From contig OZ223300.1 of the NCBI GenBank assembly GCA_965140705.1, forward strand, positions 1,056,001-1,120,000: a DNA stretch of 64,000 nucleotides, written 5' to 3'. The position numbers were made by a program, and so were the translations under genes. The notes beneath the pieces are model-generated. The model did not search any database. It was not told the origin of the DNA and saw only the letters and a list, made by a program, of their open reading frames with translations. The stretch comes from an uncultured Arcobacter sp. (GTDB taxonomy: Bacteria > Campylobacterota > Campylobacteria > Campylobacterales > Arcobacteraceae). Each line of letters starts with the position of its first letter. The first letter of the stretch is position 1. Below are positions 1 to 10,345 of this stretch, one piece after another.

Positions 1-1952
1 AAGTCCCTTTAAGAGAGTTAATGAAAAGGGCAAATTTCCCAGATGAAGAGCTTAATTTACTTTTTACTTCACAAAATGAATCGGATGATTTAACTAAACT
101 TGAACATAAAGCTATGAATGCAGTTAAAGGGATTTTTCAAGATAAAGATGGAAATTTTACTATAAAAGGGAAACCTGATTTTAAACTTGCTAGGGAACTT
201 ATGCATTCAGATGAGTATCATAAGGCAAAAATGAGAATTATGCAACCTTTAGATAATTTTTATAAAGCCTTTGAAAAAAGAACTCAAGAGAAAGTAAATG
301 ATGAAAGAAAAACAGTAAAGGAACAGGAGTTTTATGTAAATGTTATTGTACTTTTTTCGGTTATATTTTTCTTAATGTCTTTTTTTATAATTTTATTTAG
401 AATTATTTATCCAATAGATTTATTAAGAGTTGCCATGTTAAAACTTTCATCAAATGACATGAGTGTGGAGTTGGATAAAAATAAATATGATGATGAAGTT
501 GGTGATATGATTGGTTCTGTTAGAATTTTCAAAGATAATACCAAAAAACTAATAGATAGTGAACATCAAATCAAACTTGCCATGGAAGAGGCAAATAGTG
601 CAAATAAAGCAAAATCAATATTTCTAGCACGGATGAGCCATGAACTTAGAACTCCACTTAACGCCATACTTGGCTTTTCAAATATTTTGAAAAAATCTAT
701 GAATGCTACCCAAGAAGAAAAAAATAATCTAAATATAATCAAAAGAAGTGGAGAGCATCTTTTAAATATTATAAATGAAATTTTAGAATTATCAAAAATT
801 GAAGCTGGAAAAATAGAGATTGTTCCCAAAGTTTTTAATCTAAAAGAGCTAATAGAGGATATTGATTCAATCTTTGCCTTTAGATGTAAAGAGAAGGGTT
901 TGGAGTTTAAAATTGTTTTAGATGACAATCTACCTGAAGTTGTAAAAATGGATGAATTGAGACTTCGACAAATACTTATAAATCTCCTAAGTAATAGTTT
1001 GAAATTTACAAATGAAGGTGAAATATCATTATATTTATATGCAAAGAGTCAAAAACTATTTTTTGAGATAAAAGATACTGGAATAGGTATTGAGAGTAAA
1101 GATTTAAAAAGAGTATTTAAACCCTTTGAGCAAATAAAACATGATGATTATAATAAAAATGGAACAGGTTTAGGACTATCTATTACAAAAGAGTTAGTAA
1201 CTTTAATGAATGGTTCTATTTATGCAAAAAGTAAAGTTAATGTTGGAACACAATTCTATTTTAGTGTTGATTATAAAAATGCAAATAGTGAGGATATTAC
1301 TGTTGAGTTAAATTCAAAGGATATCATTGGAATAGAAAAAAATATAGACAAAAAAACTATTCTTGTAGTTGATGATATAGAAGTAAATAGAAACCTATTA
1401 ACACAAATATTAAATTCACATGGCTTTGAAGTCTTACAAGCAAGTAGTGGATACGAAGCAATAGAACTTTTTAAAACAGAAGATTTAAGTCTTATTTTTA
1501 TGGATATCAAGATGAGTGGAATTGATGGTTTAGAGACTATTAAACTTATAAGAGAAGAGAAAAAAGGTAAAGATATACCAATAGTCGCAGTATCTGCAAA
1601 TGTATTTAATGAAGATAAAGAAATAGCAAGACAAAGTGGAGCAGATGGTTTTTTATCAAAGCCAGTTGATGAAAAAGAGTTATTGATTATTTTATCAAAA
1701 CATTTTGATTTGAAATTAGAGTACTTAAAAAATAGTGAAGAAAAGAGTGATATTCTTGAAAGAGTATCAAAACTTGATAAAGAGTTTTTTGTAAAATTAA
1801 ATGAATTTGCTTTACTGATGGATTCTTCTAATCTTGATAAATTTTTAGAAAATAGTGATATAGAAGATGATTTAAAATTATATTTTAAAGAACTTGTTGA
1901 AAATTTCAAATATAAAGAGATAAATGAAATCTGTATAAAAAATATACAGTAA
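1..1952 (+). CDS. Hybrid sensor histidine kinase/response regulator (HAMP-HisKA-HATPase-REC), probably 5'-truncated by window edge
   Basis: H-box FLARMSHELRTPLNAI, N-box QILINLLSNSLKFT, G-boxes DTGIGI/GTGLGL, receiver LVVDD...FMDIKM; frame is open upstream of the ATG at 21. Confidence 0.9.
   Translation, partial: VPLRELMKRANFPDEELNLLFTSQNESDDLTKLEHKAMNAVKGIFQDKDGNFTIKGKPDFKLARELMHSDEYHKAKMRIMQPLDNFYKAFEKRTQEKVNDERKTVKEQEFYVNVIVLFSVIFFLMSFFIILFRIIYPIDLLRVAMLKLSSNDMSVELDKNKYDDEVGDMIGSVRIFKDNTKKLIDSEHQIKLAMEEANSANKAKSIFLARMSHELRTPLNAILGFSNILKKSMNATQEEKNNLNIIKRSGEHLLNIINEILELSKIEAGKIEIVPKVFNLKELIEDIDSIFAFRCKEKGLEFKIVLDDNLPEVVKMDELRLRQILINLLSNSLKFTNEGEISLYLYAKSQKLFFEIKDTGIGIESKDLKRVFKPFEQIKHDDYNKNGTGLGLSITKELVTLMNGSIYAKSKVNVGTQFYFSVDYKNANSEDITVELNSKDIIGIEKNIDKKTILVVDDIEVNRNLLTQILNSHGFEVLQASSGYEAIELFKTEDLSLIFMDIKMSGIDGLETIKLIREEKKGKDIPIVAVSANVFNEDKEIARQSGADGFLSKPVDEKELLIILSKHFDLKLEYLKNSEEKSDILERVSKLDKEFFVKLNEFALLMDSSNLDKFLENSDIEDDLKLYFKELVENFKYKEINEICIKNIQ
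1931..1949. promoter_or_regulatory. Dyad operator CTGTATA-AAAAA-TATACAG upstream of urtA
   Basis: Perfect inverted repeat, identical 19-mer at 12577-12595. Confidence 0.7.
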
Positions 1953-1971
1953 TATTTTTAACTTAACAAAA

Positions 1972-1993
1972 AAACAACACTTAAACAACACTT
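1972..1993 (+). repeat. Tandem 11-bp direct repeat AAACAACACTT x2 just upstream of putative -10 (TATACT 2000-2005)
   Basis: Read directly from sequence. Confidence 0.6.
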
Positions 1994-2045
1994 CTATTTT
2001 ATACTTCCCTTAGTAGTCAAAGAGACTAAATCTAAAGGAGAATAA

Positions 2046-3323
2046 ATGAAAAGTAGATTCACAAAAGTTTTAGCTGCATCAGCATTTGTAACTATGAGTA
2101 TGATGGCTCAAGCTGCTGATACAATCAAAGTAGGTGTTTTGCACTCATTATCTGGAACAATGGCAATTAGTGAGACAACTTTGAAAGATACGGTTTTAAT
2201 GCTTATTGATGAGCAAAATAAAAAAGGTGGTTTATTAGGTAAAAAAATAGAACCAGTTGTAGTTGATCCTGCATCAAACTGGCCTTTATTTGCTGAAAAA
2301 ATGAGAGGACTTTTAACTAAAGATAAAGTTGATGTTACATTTGGTTGTTGGACATCAGTTTCTAGAAAATCGGTTCTTCCAGTTGTTGAAGAGTTAAATG
2401 GGCTTCTTTTTTATCCTGTTCAATATGAGGGTGAAGAGTCTAGTAAAAATGTATTTTATACAGGTGCTGCGCCTAACCAACAAGCAATTCCAGCAGTTGA
2501 TTATTTAATGAATGAAATGGGTGTTAAAAGATGGGTTTTAGCTGGTACTGATTATGTTTATCCAAGAACTACAAATAAAATCTTAGAAGCATACTTAAAA
2601 TCAAAAGGTGTTAAAGCCTCAGATATTATGATTAATTATACTCCATTTGGATATTCTGATTGGCAAAGTATTGTAAGTGAAATCAAAAAATTTGGTTCTG
2701 CTGGTAAAAAAACTGCTGTTGTATCTACAATTAATGGTGATGCAAATGTTCCTTTTTATAAAGAGTTAGGTAACCAAGGTATTACTTCTTCATCTATTCC
2801 TGTAATTGCCTTTTCTGTTGGAGAAGAAGAGTTATCAGGACTTGATACTAAACCTTTAGTTGGACATTTAGCAGCATGGAATTATTTTGAAAGTATTGAT
2901 ACTCCTGCAAATGAAAAATTTATCTCAACTTGGCATAAATTTATTAAAGATGATAAAAGAGTTACAAATGATCCAATGGAAGCTACATATATCGGATTTA
3001 ATTTATGGGTAAAAGCTGTTGAAAAAGCTGGTACTACAAATGTAGATAAAGTAAGAGATGCAATCATTGGATTATCTGTTCCAAACCTTACAGGTGGAAC
3101 TGCAACTATGCTTAAAAATCACCATATTACAAAACCTGTATTTATTGGTGAGATTCAAGAAGATGGACAATTTGAAGTTGTATGGCAAACTGAAAAAGAA
3201 GTTCCAGGTGATGCTTGGTCAGACTACTTACCAGGAAGTAAAGATTTAATCTCAGATTGGACTAAACCAATCAATTGTGGAAACTACAACACTAAAACTA
3301 AAAAGTGTATGGGCGATAACTAA
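2046..3323 (+). CDS. urtA: Urea ABC transporter substrate-binding protein
   Basis: IKVGVLHSLSGTMAISE, GCWTSVSRKSVLP, YPVQYEGEE motifs; signal peptide. Confidence 0.95.
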   Translation: MKSRFTKVLAASAFVTMSMMAQAADTIKVGVLHSLSGTMAISETTLKDTVLMLIDEQNKKGGLLGKKIEPVVVDPASNWPLFAEKMRGLLTKDKVDVTFGCWTSVSRKSVLPVVEELNGLLFYPVQYEGEESSKNVFYTGAAPNQQAIPAVDYLMNEMGVKRWVLAGTDYVYPRTTNKILEAYLKSKGVKASDIMINYTPFGYSDWQSIVSEIKKFGSAGKKTAVVSTINGDANVPFYKELGNQGITSSSIPVIAFSVGEEELSGLDTKPLVGHLAAWNYFESIDTPANEKFISTWHKFIKDDKRVTNDPMEATYIGFNLWVKAVEKAGTTNVDKVRDAIIGLSVPNLTGGTATMLKNHHITKPVFIGEIQEDGQFEVVWQTEKEVPGDAWSDYLPGSKDLISDWTKPINCGNYNTKTKKCMGDN

Positions 3324-3324
3324 T

Positions 3325-3353
3325 AAAATATGAGAGTTCAACTCTCATATTTT
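3325..3353 (+). terminator. Intra-operon stem-loop after urtA
   Basis: AAAATATGAGAGT/ACTCTCATATTTT inverted repeat. Confidence 0.6.
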
Positions 3354-3381
3354 TATGCTACATAATAAATGAAAGGTAATC

Positions 3382-4977
3382 ATGAAAATTATAAAAATAA
3401 TATTGCTTAATTTATTAATTTTATCTTCACTAATTGCTTCAGATCTTCAAAGTGATTCACAAGAACTTTTAACAAATAGTTATTCTAAAAAAGAAACAGT
3501 TATCTTGGATCTAACTAAAAAGTATAAAAGTGAAAAAAAGTTTGAGTATTTATTGCAAAAACTTTTAGCTGGAGATTTATATTATACAAAAAGTGATAAA
3601 CGAATTGTTTTTCTAAAAGAGAAAATAAAAAATAACTATCTTACAGTTGATATATTCACTGGTGAGAAGTTAGGTGAAGCTTCAAAATATGATTTTAAAA
3701 AAGTGAAAATCAATAATAAATTAAGAAATATTATAAAAGGGTCTTTGGCAAAAATAAATCTATTTTCTACTGATGAAGAGAAAAGGTTAAATTCTGCTAA
3801 AAACTTACTGAAAAATTTAAAAGCTGATGATAAAGAGATTATCCTTGAAGCTTTACAAAGTGAAAAATCATCTAATGTTAGAGATGTATTAGATGAAGCA
3901 AATACTATTTTAATGGCCAAATATGGTACTGCTGAAGAAAAATATAAAGCAGTAGATAAATTAGGAAGTTTTATCTCAGCTAAGACTTTTATAACTTTAA
4001 AAGATATTTCAAAAAATAGCGAAGATGAAAAATTAAAATCAATAGCCGAGTCTTCACTTGATATTGTTGAGATAAAAAAGAGTATTTATTCATTTATTGA
4101 AACTGCTTTTTTTGGACTTAGTATGGGATCTGTTTTACTTTTAGCAGCCATTGGACTTGCTATTACTTTTGGTGTTATGAAAGTAATTAATATGGCACAT
4201 GGTGAGCTTATTATGATAGGTGCTTATACTACATATACAATTCAACAAATCTTTCCAAATCTAATTGAATACTCTGTAATTATTGCAATTCCTGCTGCTT
4301 TTATAGTAAGTGGAATTGTTGGAATCATAATTGAAAGATTGGTTATAAGACATCTTTATGGAAGACCGCTTGAAACACTACTTGCAACTTTTGGGGTAAG
4401 TTTGATTTTACAACAGTTAGTTCGAACAATATATTCACCCCTTAACCAAGAAGTAAAAACTCCTTCATGGATGAGTGGTGCTTTGGAAGTAAATAGTTCA
4501 CTATTTCTTACATACAATAGATTGTATATCGTGATATTTTCTGTGATAGTATTTTTAGCAATTTTATATGTTATGAAAAAGACTTCATTGGGATTAAAAG
4601 TGCGGGCTGTTTCACAAAATAGACCAATTGCACGTGCTATGGGAATAAAATCAAGCTTTATCGATGCTGCTACTTTTGGAATAGGTTCAGGAATAGCAGG
4701 AGTTGCAGGAGTTGCCTTATCTCAACTTACAAATGTAGGGCCAAATCTTGGACAATCATATATAGTAGATAGTTTTATGGTTGTGGTATTTGGTGGAGTT
4801 GGAAATCTATGGGGAACTTTAATTGCTGCACTTACTTTAGGTGAGATTAATAAATTTATTGAGCCAATTTCAGGAGCAGTACTAGCTAAAGTTATCATTT
4901 TAGTATTTATTATTTTATTTATACAAAAAAGACCTAGAGGGTTATTTCCTCAAAAAGGTCGAGATGCACAGGATTAA
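3382..4977 (+). CDS. urtB: Urea ABC transporter permease with N-terminal periplasmic extension
   Basis: LAAIGLAITFGVMKVINMAHGE permease motif; operon position. Confidence 0.93.
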   Translation: MKIIKIILLNLLILSSLIASDLQSDSQELLTNSYSKKETVILDLTKKYKSEKKFEYLLQKLLAGDLYYTKSDKRIVFLKEKIKNNYLTVDIFTGEKLGEASKYDFKKVKINNKLRNIIKGSLAKINLFSTDEEKRLNSAKNLLKNLKADDKEIILEALQSEKSSNVRDVLDEANTILMAKYGTAEEKYKAVDKLGSFISAKTFITLKDISKNSEDEKLKSIAESSLDIVEIKKSIYSFIETAFFGLSMGSVLLLAAIGLAITFGVMKVINMAHGELIMIGAYTTYTIQQIFPNLIEYSVIIAIPAAFIVSGIVGIIIERLVIRHLYGRPLETLLATFGVSLILQQLVRTIYSPLNQEVKTPSWMSGALEVNSSLFLTYNRLYIVIFSVIVFLAILYVMKKTSLGLKVRAVSQNRPIARAMGIKSSFIDAATFGIGSGIAGVAGVALSQLTNVGPNLGQSYIVDSFMVVVFGGVGNLWGTLIAALTLGEINKFIEPISGAVLAKVIILVFIILFIQKRPRGLFPQKGRDAQD

Positions 4978-4979
4978 GA

Positions 4980-6092
4980 ATGAAGAATAAATCTTTAATA
5001 TTAAAAATTTTAGAAAATGATAAGGGTGGGAAAATAGTATTATCAATCCTTGCCCTTGTAGTATTTGTAGTGTCATTTTGTAATTTATTTGTTCCTAGTG
5101 GTTCAGCATTTTATATTTCAACCTTTACGGTTACAATTTTAGGTAAATATTTAGCCTTTGCACTTTTAGCCCTTGCACTTGATTTAGTTTGGGGATATTT
5201 AGGAGTTTTAAGTCTTGGTCATGGGGCATTTTTTGCCCTTGGTGGATATGGACTTGCTATGTATCTTATGCGTCAAATAGGGGATAGAGGAGTTTATGGA
5301 AATCCTGATTTACCAGATTTTATGGTATTTATGAATTTAAAAGAGTTACCATGGTTTTGGTATGGATTTGATAACCCTTTATTTACATTTATTATGGTTA
5401 TGCTAGTACCTGCAATTTTAGCTTTTGTATTTGGTTGGTTTGCTTTCAAATCAAGGGTAACAGGAGTTTATCTATCTATTATAACTCAAGCCATGACTTA
5501 TGCACTTATGTTAGCATTTTTCAGAAATGACATGGGCTTTGGTGGAAATAATGGTTTAACAGATTTTAAAGATATATTAGGATTTGATTTACAAGCTGAT
5601 TCTACAAGAGTAGGGCTTTTGATTATCACATTTTTGGCACTGACTTTAGGTTATTTGATTTGTAGATTTATTATAAATTCAAGACTTGGAAGGGTTGTAA
5701 TTTCTATAAGAGATGCAGAGAGTCGTGTACGGTTCTTAGGATATAAAGTTGAACAATATAAGCTTTTTATCTTCGTAGTTTCAGCAATACTTGCAGGAAT
5801 CGCAGGGGCACTTTATGTTCCACAAGTGGGAATCATAAATCCAGGTGTTTTTTCACCTCTATTTTCTATTGAACTTGTTATTTGGGTAGCTATAGGAGGA
5901 AGAGGAACACTATATGGAGCAATTATTGGGGCTATCATTGTAAATTTTGCAAGTACTTATTTTACTTCTGCCCTTCCAGAAGTTTGGTTATATGCCTTAG
6001 GTGGATTATTTGTTTTAGTAACTCTATATCTTCCTCAAGGTGTAGTTGGACTTATAAGTAAAATCAATGGAAAAGTAAAAAAGGCTAAATAA
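4980..6092 (+). CDS. urtC: Urea ABC transporter permease
   Basis: LDLVWGYLGVLSLGHGAFF, GVYLSIITQA, GGNNGLTDF. Confidence 0.93.
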   Translation: MKNKSLILKILENDKGGKIVLSILALVVFVVSFCNLFVPSGSAFYISTFTVTILGKYLAFALLALALDLVWGYLGVLSLGHGAFFALGGYGLAMYLMRQIGDRGVYGNPDLPDFMVFMNLKELPWFWYGFDNPLFTFIMVMLVPAILAFVFGWFAFKSRVTGVYLSIITQAMTYALMLAFFRNDMGFGGNNGLTDFKDILGFDLQADSTRVGLLIITFLALTLGYLICRFIINSRLGRVVISIRDAESRVRFLGYKVEQYKLFIFVVSAILAGIAGALYVPQVGIINPGVFSPLFSIELVIWVAIGGRGTLYGAIIGAIIVNFASTYFTSALPEVWLYALGGLFVLVTLYLPQGVVGLISKINGKVKKAK

Positions 6093-6880
6093 TGAAACTG
6101 TTAAGACATGAAAATGAACAAAATATTGGTAATCTTAAAATTGGAGATAGAATATTATTAGTTGATGGTGTTAGTGTTAGTTTTGATGGATTTAAAGCCT
6201 TAAATAACTTAAGTTTTTCAATCAATTATGGGGAACTAAGATGTATCATTGGTGCTAATGGTGCTGGAAAATCTACTATGATGGATGTAGTAACGGGAAA
6301 AACTACACCAGATGAGGGTGAAGTTATATTTGGAGAAGCTGTTAATTTACTAGAATTGGATGAACCAAGTATCTCTGAAATAGGAATAGGTAGAAAATTC
6401 CAAAAGCCAACAGTTTTTCAAAATCATACAGTCTTTGAAAACCTAGAACTTGCCATGAAAGATGATAAAAGATTTTTCAAAACACTTTTTTCAAAACTAA
6501 GAGGTGAGCAAAAAGATAAAATAGAAGAGACTATGAACTTAATAGGTCTAAAAGAGCTTTACAATATGGATGCTGGGATTTTATCTCACGGTCAAAAACA
6601 GTGGCTTGAAATTGGTATGCTTATTATGCAAGAACCAAAACTACTCCTTGTAGATGAACCAGTTGCAGGTATGACACCACAAGAGGTAGAAAAAACAGCA
6701 GAGATTTTAACAAGTCTTTCAAAAGAGAATGCAGTAGTTGTAGTTGAACATGATATGGAGTTTATACGAAGTATTGCTTCAAAAGTAACTGTGTTGCATG
6801 AGGGATCTGTTTTAGCTGAGGGTAATATGGATGCGATACAGAACAATGAAAAAGTGCGAAAAGTATACTTAGGGGAATGA
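6092..6880 (+). CDS. urtD: Urea ABC transporter ATP-binding protein
   Basis: Walker A GANGAGKS, LSHGQKQWLEIGM. Confidence 0.93.
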   Translation: MKLLRHENEQNIGNLKIGDRILLVDGVSVSFDGFKALNNLSFSINYGELRCIIGANGAGKSTMMDVVTGKTTPDEGEVIFGEAVNLLELDEPSISEIGIGRKFQKPTVFQNHTVFENLELAMKDDKRFFKTLFSKLRGEQKDKIEETMNLIGLKELYNMDAGILSHGQKQWLEIGMLIMQEPKLLLVDEPVAGMTPQEVEKTAEILTSLSKENAVVVVEHDMEFIRSIASKVTVLHEGSVLAEGNMDAIQNNEKVRKVYLGE

Positions 6881-6881
6881 T

Positions 6882-7577
6882 ATGTTAAAAATAGAAAAAA
6901 TAAATCAATATTATGGACAGAGTCATACCCTTTGGGATTTGGATTTACAGGTTAAAAAGGGACGATGTACTTGTCTTATGGGAAGAAATGGAGTTGGTAA
7001 AACAACACTTAGTAAAGTTATTATGGGATTACTTCCAATTAAAGACGGGAAAATAATTTATGATGGGAAAGATATTTCAAAACTAGCTGATCACAAACGT
7101 GCTAGTATTGCTATAGGTTATGTTCCCCAAGGAAGAGAGATATTTTCTCAACTAACTGTTTTAGAAAATTTACAAATTGGAGTTTTGGCAAATAGAAATA
7201 ACATAAGAAAAGTTCCAGAAAAAATATATGAGCTTTTCCCTGTATTAAAAGATATGCAAAAAAGAAAAGGTGGAGATTTAAGTGGTGGTCAGCAACAACA
7301 ACTTGCTATTGCAAGAGCACTTTGTATTGATCCAAAGTTTTTGATTCTTGATGAACCAAGTGAAGGAATACAACCGAATATCGTGGCACAAATTGGAGAA
7401 GTGATTGATTATCTTACAAAAGAAGAGGAAATGACAGTTTTACTAGTGGAACAAAAGCTTCCATTTGCAAGACGACATGGGGATGATTTTTATGTTGTAG
7501 ATAGGGGAAGTGTAGTTGCTCAAGGAGAAATCTCACAGCTTAGTGATGATATAATAAAACAACATTTATCAGTATAA
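6882..7577 (+). CDS. urtE: Urea ABC transporter ATP-binding protein
   Basis: GRNGVGKT, LSGGQQQQLAIARAL, LDEPSEGIQP. Confidence 0.93.
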   Translation: MLKIEKINQYYGQSHTLWDLDLQVKKGRCTCLMGRNGVGKTTLSKVIMGLLPIKDGKIIYDGKDISKLADHKRASIAIGYVPQGREIFSQLTVLENLQIGVLANRNNIRKVPEKIYELFPVLKDMQKRKGGDLSGGQQQQLAIARALCIDPKFLILDEPSEGIQPNIVAQIGEVIDYLTKEEEMTVLLVEQKLPFARRHGDDFYVVDRGSVVAQGEISQLSDDIIKQHLSV

Positions 7578-7588
7578 CTAGGAGTGAA

Positions 7589-8341
7589 ATGAGTATAAAA
7601 TTTAATTTAAAAGATGATAAATTTTTTTTAGATAAATTAGAACTTCCCTCAAGATATTATTACTTTAATGAAGAAGAAAACTACATAAAACTTCTAAATA
7701 TTGGGGAAGGAATATTCCCCAAAGATAAGATTCGAACTTCCCTTAAACTCGATAATTCAAACTTAGTTTTAACAACAGAGTCAGCCACAAAAATATATCC
7801 ATCAAAAAAAGAGTATGGAATAAATAAAATAGATTTATCTTTAGAAAATAGTTCAAATTTAGAGTTTCTAAATGATGAACTTATTTTATACAAGGACTCA
7901 AAATATATTCAATTTTTTAATTTAAAATATGATGATAACTCGACTTTTTTTTATTCAGATATCTTAAGTCGTGGAAGAAGTTTTGAGGACTTTGATTTCT
8001 CAAATGTTTTGATGAAAAATAGTTTTTCTTCTAACAAAAAACTTGAATATCTAGAAAAGTTTGATGTGATAGGTGATGAGTTAAAAGATTATATTATTAG
8101 AAAAGATAGTGATAACTATATTTTTATGAAAATATATATCAAAACAAAAGATAATGATAAGTTTTTAGATATCTTGAAAAAAGATGATTTTGATTCTTTT
8201 ACTTATTCAAAATCAAAAGAGATAATCATAGGAACAATTAGTTCAAATAGTATGAATGAAATCAAAAAGAAGCAAAAACTTATTTGGACTAATTATAGAA
8301 AGTACCTAAATAAAAAAGAGTTTTCTTTAGGAAAACAGTAA
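7589..8341 (+). CDS. ureD: Urease accessory protein UreD/UreH (divergent)
   Basis: GEGIFPKD, LTTESATKIY and DILSRGR resemble UreD motifs; ureD is otherwise missing from the downstream cluster. Confidence 0.75.
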   Translation: MSIKFNLKDDKFFLDKLELPSRYYYFNEEENYIKLLNIGEGIFPKDKIRTSLKLDNSNLVLTTESATKIYPSKKEYGINKIDLSLENSSNLEFLNDELILYKDSKYIQFFNLKYDDNSTFFYSDILSRGRSFEDFDFSNVLMKNSFSSNKKLEYLEKFDVIGDELKDYIIRKDSDNYIFMKIYIKTKDNDKFLDILKKDDFDSFTYSKSKEIIIGTISSNSMNEIKKKQKLIWTNYRKYLNKKEFSLGKQ

Positions 8342-8423
8342 TAGATATATAAGATGAATTAATATTTATCTTATTATAATTGGACTAAAATCGTTTCTTC
8401 AAATTAGAAATTGAGGAATTTGA

Positions 8424-9596
8424 ATGCAAGTTTCAATAAGTAAAATATCAATAGCTCTTTTTTTTATAGTATCTGTAATCTTCTCTACAATATATACTCC
8501 ACAAGCAATATTACCTGTATTAAAAGAAACTTTTCACATAAGTGTATTAGAGACAAATTTATTACTCTCTGGTATGTTATTTGTTTTGATGTTTTCAACA
8601 CCTTTTTATGCTCCCATATCAAATAGATTTGGAAAGAAAAAAATCATGGTATTTTGTACTTTTTTTCTTTTTCTTTCTGTTTTATTATCATCTGTGACTT
8701 CAAATTTTTATGTTCTTCTTTTTAGTAGATTTTTACAAGGAGTATTTGTCCCTGGGATAACAGCAATTATGCTCTCTTATGTTCAAGAGATTTATCCAAA
8801 ATCTCATCGAGGCTTTGGTATGGGTATTTATATGGCAGCAACTAGTTTTGGTGCTGTTATTGGAAGACTATTAGCTGGGTGGATTACTTTTTTATACTCA
8901 TGGAAAATTGCCTTTTTGATATTTGCTATTCTTTTATTTATTGCTTTTTTTGCAATGATTTTTGCTTTGCCAGTTAGTAAATATGAAACTATAAATAAAA
9001 GAGTGATTAATAAGGATGCCTTATTTAGTTTCCTTTCAAATATAAAAATAGTATCAGTATTGATTATTCCCACTGTAGTATTTTTCTCCTTTATGGCAAT
9101 TTCCACTTTTGCCACATATCATTTAGCACAAGAACCTTTTAATTTAGATGCTAGTCAATTGGGTAATATATTTTTAGTCTTGTTATTAGGTGTAATTATA
9201 AGTCCCCTTGCTGGGAGATATTCAGATATTATTGGAAGAGTTAGAATAATATTTTTAGGTATTGCAGTTTTGATTTTAGGTATATTTTTAACTCTATCCC
9301 AATCAATTAGTTTAGTAATAGCTGGACTTGGGCTTGTAACTATGGGAATGTTTTCTGTGCAATCGGTTACACCTACTTATCTAGGAGAATTAGTACCTGA
9401 AAATAAAGCTACAGTATCTATTTTATATCAAAGTTTCTTTTATCTAGGTGGATGTTTAGGAACATTTGTACCCTCTATTGCTTGGGAGTATTATGGATAC
9501 AAAGGAGTTACGATACTTTGTATTATTTTGCTTTTATTTGGAAGTATTTTTTTATTATCTAATATATTGAACATTGAACAAAAAAATAATCTTTAG
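8424..9596 (+). CDS. MFS transporter (YnfM-like)
   Basis: About 12 hydrophobic segments, SNRFGKK and SDIIGRVR loop motifs, IYTPQAILP. Confidence 0.85.
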   Translation: MQVSISKISIALFFIVSVIFSTIYTPQAILPVLKETFHISVLETNLLLSGMLFVLMFSTPFYAPISNRFGKKKIMVFCTFFLFLSVLLSSVTSNFYVLLFSRFLQGVFVPGITAIMLSYVQEIYPKSHRGFGMGIYMAATSFGAVIGRLLAGWITFLYSWKIAFLIFAILLFIAFFAMIFALPVSKYETINKRVINKDALFSFLSNIKIVSVLIIPTVVFFSFMAISTFATYHLAQEPFNLDASQLGNIFLVLLLGVIISPLAGRYSDIIGRVRIIFLGIAVLILGIFLTLSQSISLVIAGLGLVTMGMFSVQSVTPTYLGELVPENKATVSILYQSFFYLGGCLGTFVPSIAWEYYGYKGVTILCIILLLFGSIFLLSNILNIEQKNNL

Positions 9597-9620
9597 GGAA
9601 AATATTTCCCTAAAGATTAT
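9586..9620. terminator. Bidirectional terminator between convergent genes
   Basis: 16-bp inverted repeat ATAATCTTTAGGGAAA/TTTCCCTAAAGATTAT. Confidence 0.75.
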
Positions 9621-10345
9621 AAAACTGAAGAAAGAAAGTTTTGTAATTCTGGTGTTTTAGGATTAGCAAAAACTTCATCACTAGGACCAGTTTCCCATAC
9701 TTTTCCATTATGCATAAAGACAACTCTATCACCAATATCTCTAGCAAAATTCATTTCATGTGTTACAAGAACTAAGGTCATACCTTCTTTTGCCAATTGT
9801 TCTAGTACTTTTAAAACTTCACCAACAAGTTCTGGGTCAAGGGCAGATGTAATCTCATCACATAATAAAATTTTTGGAGACATAGCAAGTGATCTAGCTA
9901 TTGCAACACGTTGTTTTTGACCACCTGATAAACTATTTGGGTATTGGTCAAACATTTGATCCATACCAACTTTTTTTAGACACTCTAGAGCTAACTCTCT
10001 ACATTCACTATCTTTTTTACCTAAAACTAATTTAGGAGAAAGCATTACATTTTGTCCTGTAGTTTTGTGAGGATATAGATTAAACCCTTGAAAAATCATA
10101 CCACATACTTTACTTAGTTTTCTAAGTTGTAAGTCATTTGTTGTAACTTCTAAATTATCTACAACGATATTTCCATTTTGATGATCTTCCAATCCATTTA
10201 TACATCTAAGAAGTGTACTTTTACCTGAACCAGATCTTCCAATTATAGAGACAACTTCTCCAGCTTTTATATTAAGATCAATTCCCTTAAGTACATGTTT
10301 TTCTCCATAATACTTATGTACATTCTCGATATTAACTAGAGACAT
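9617..10345 (-). CDS. Polar amino acid-type ABC transporter ATP-binding protein
   Basis: GRSGSGKS, LSGGQKQRVAIAR, DEITSALDPEL. Confidence 0.92.
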   Translation of the reverse strand: MSLVNIENVHKYYGEKHVLKGIDLNIKAGEVVSIIGRSGSGKSTLLRCINGLEDHQNGNIVVDNLEVTTNDLQLRKLSKVCGMIFQGFNLYPHKTTGQNVMLSPKLVLGKKDSECRELALECLKKVGMDQMFDQYPNSLSGGQKQRVAIARSLAMSPKILLCDEITSALDPELVGEVLKVLEQLAKEGMTLVLVTHEMNFARDIGDRVVFMHNGKVWETGPSDEVFANPKTPELQNFLSSVL

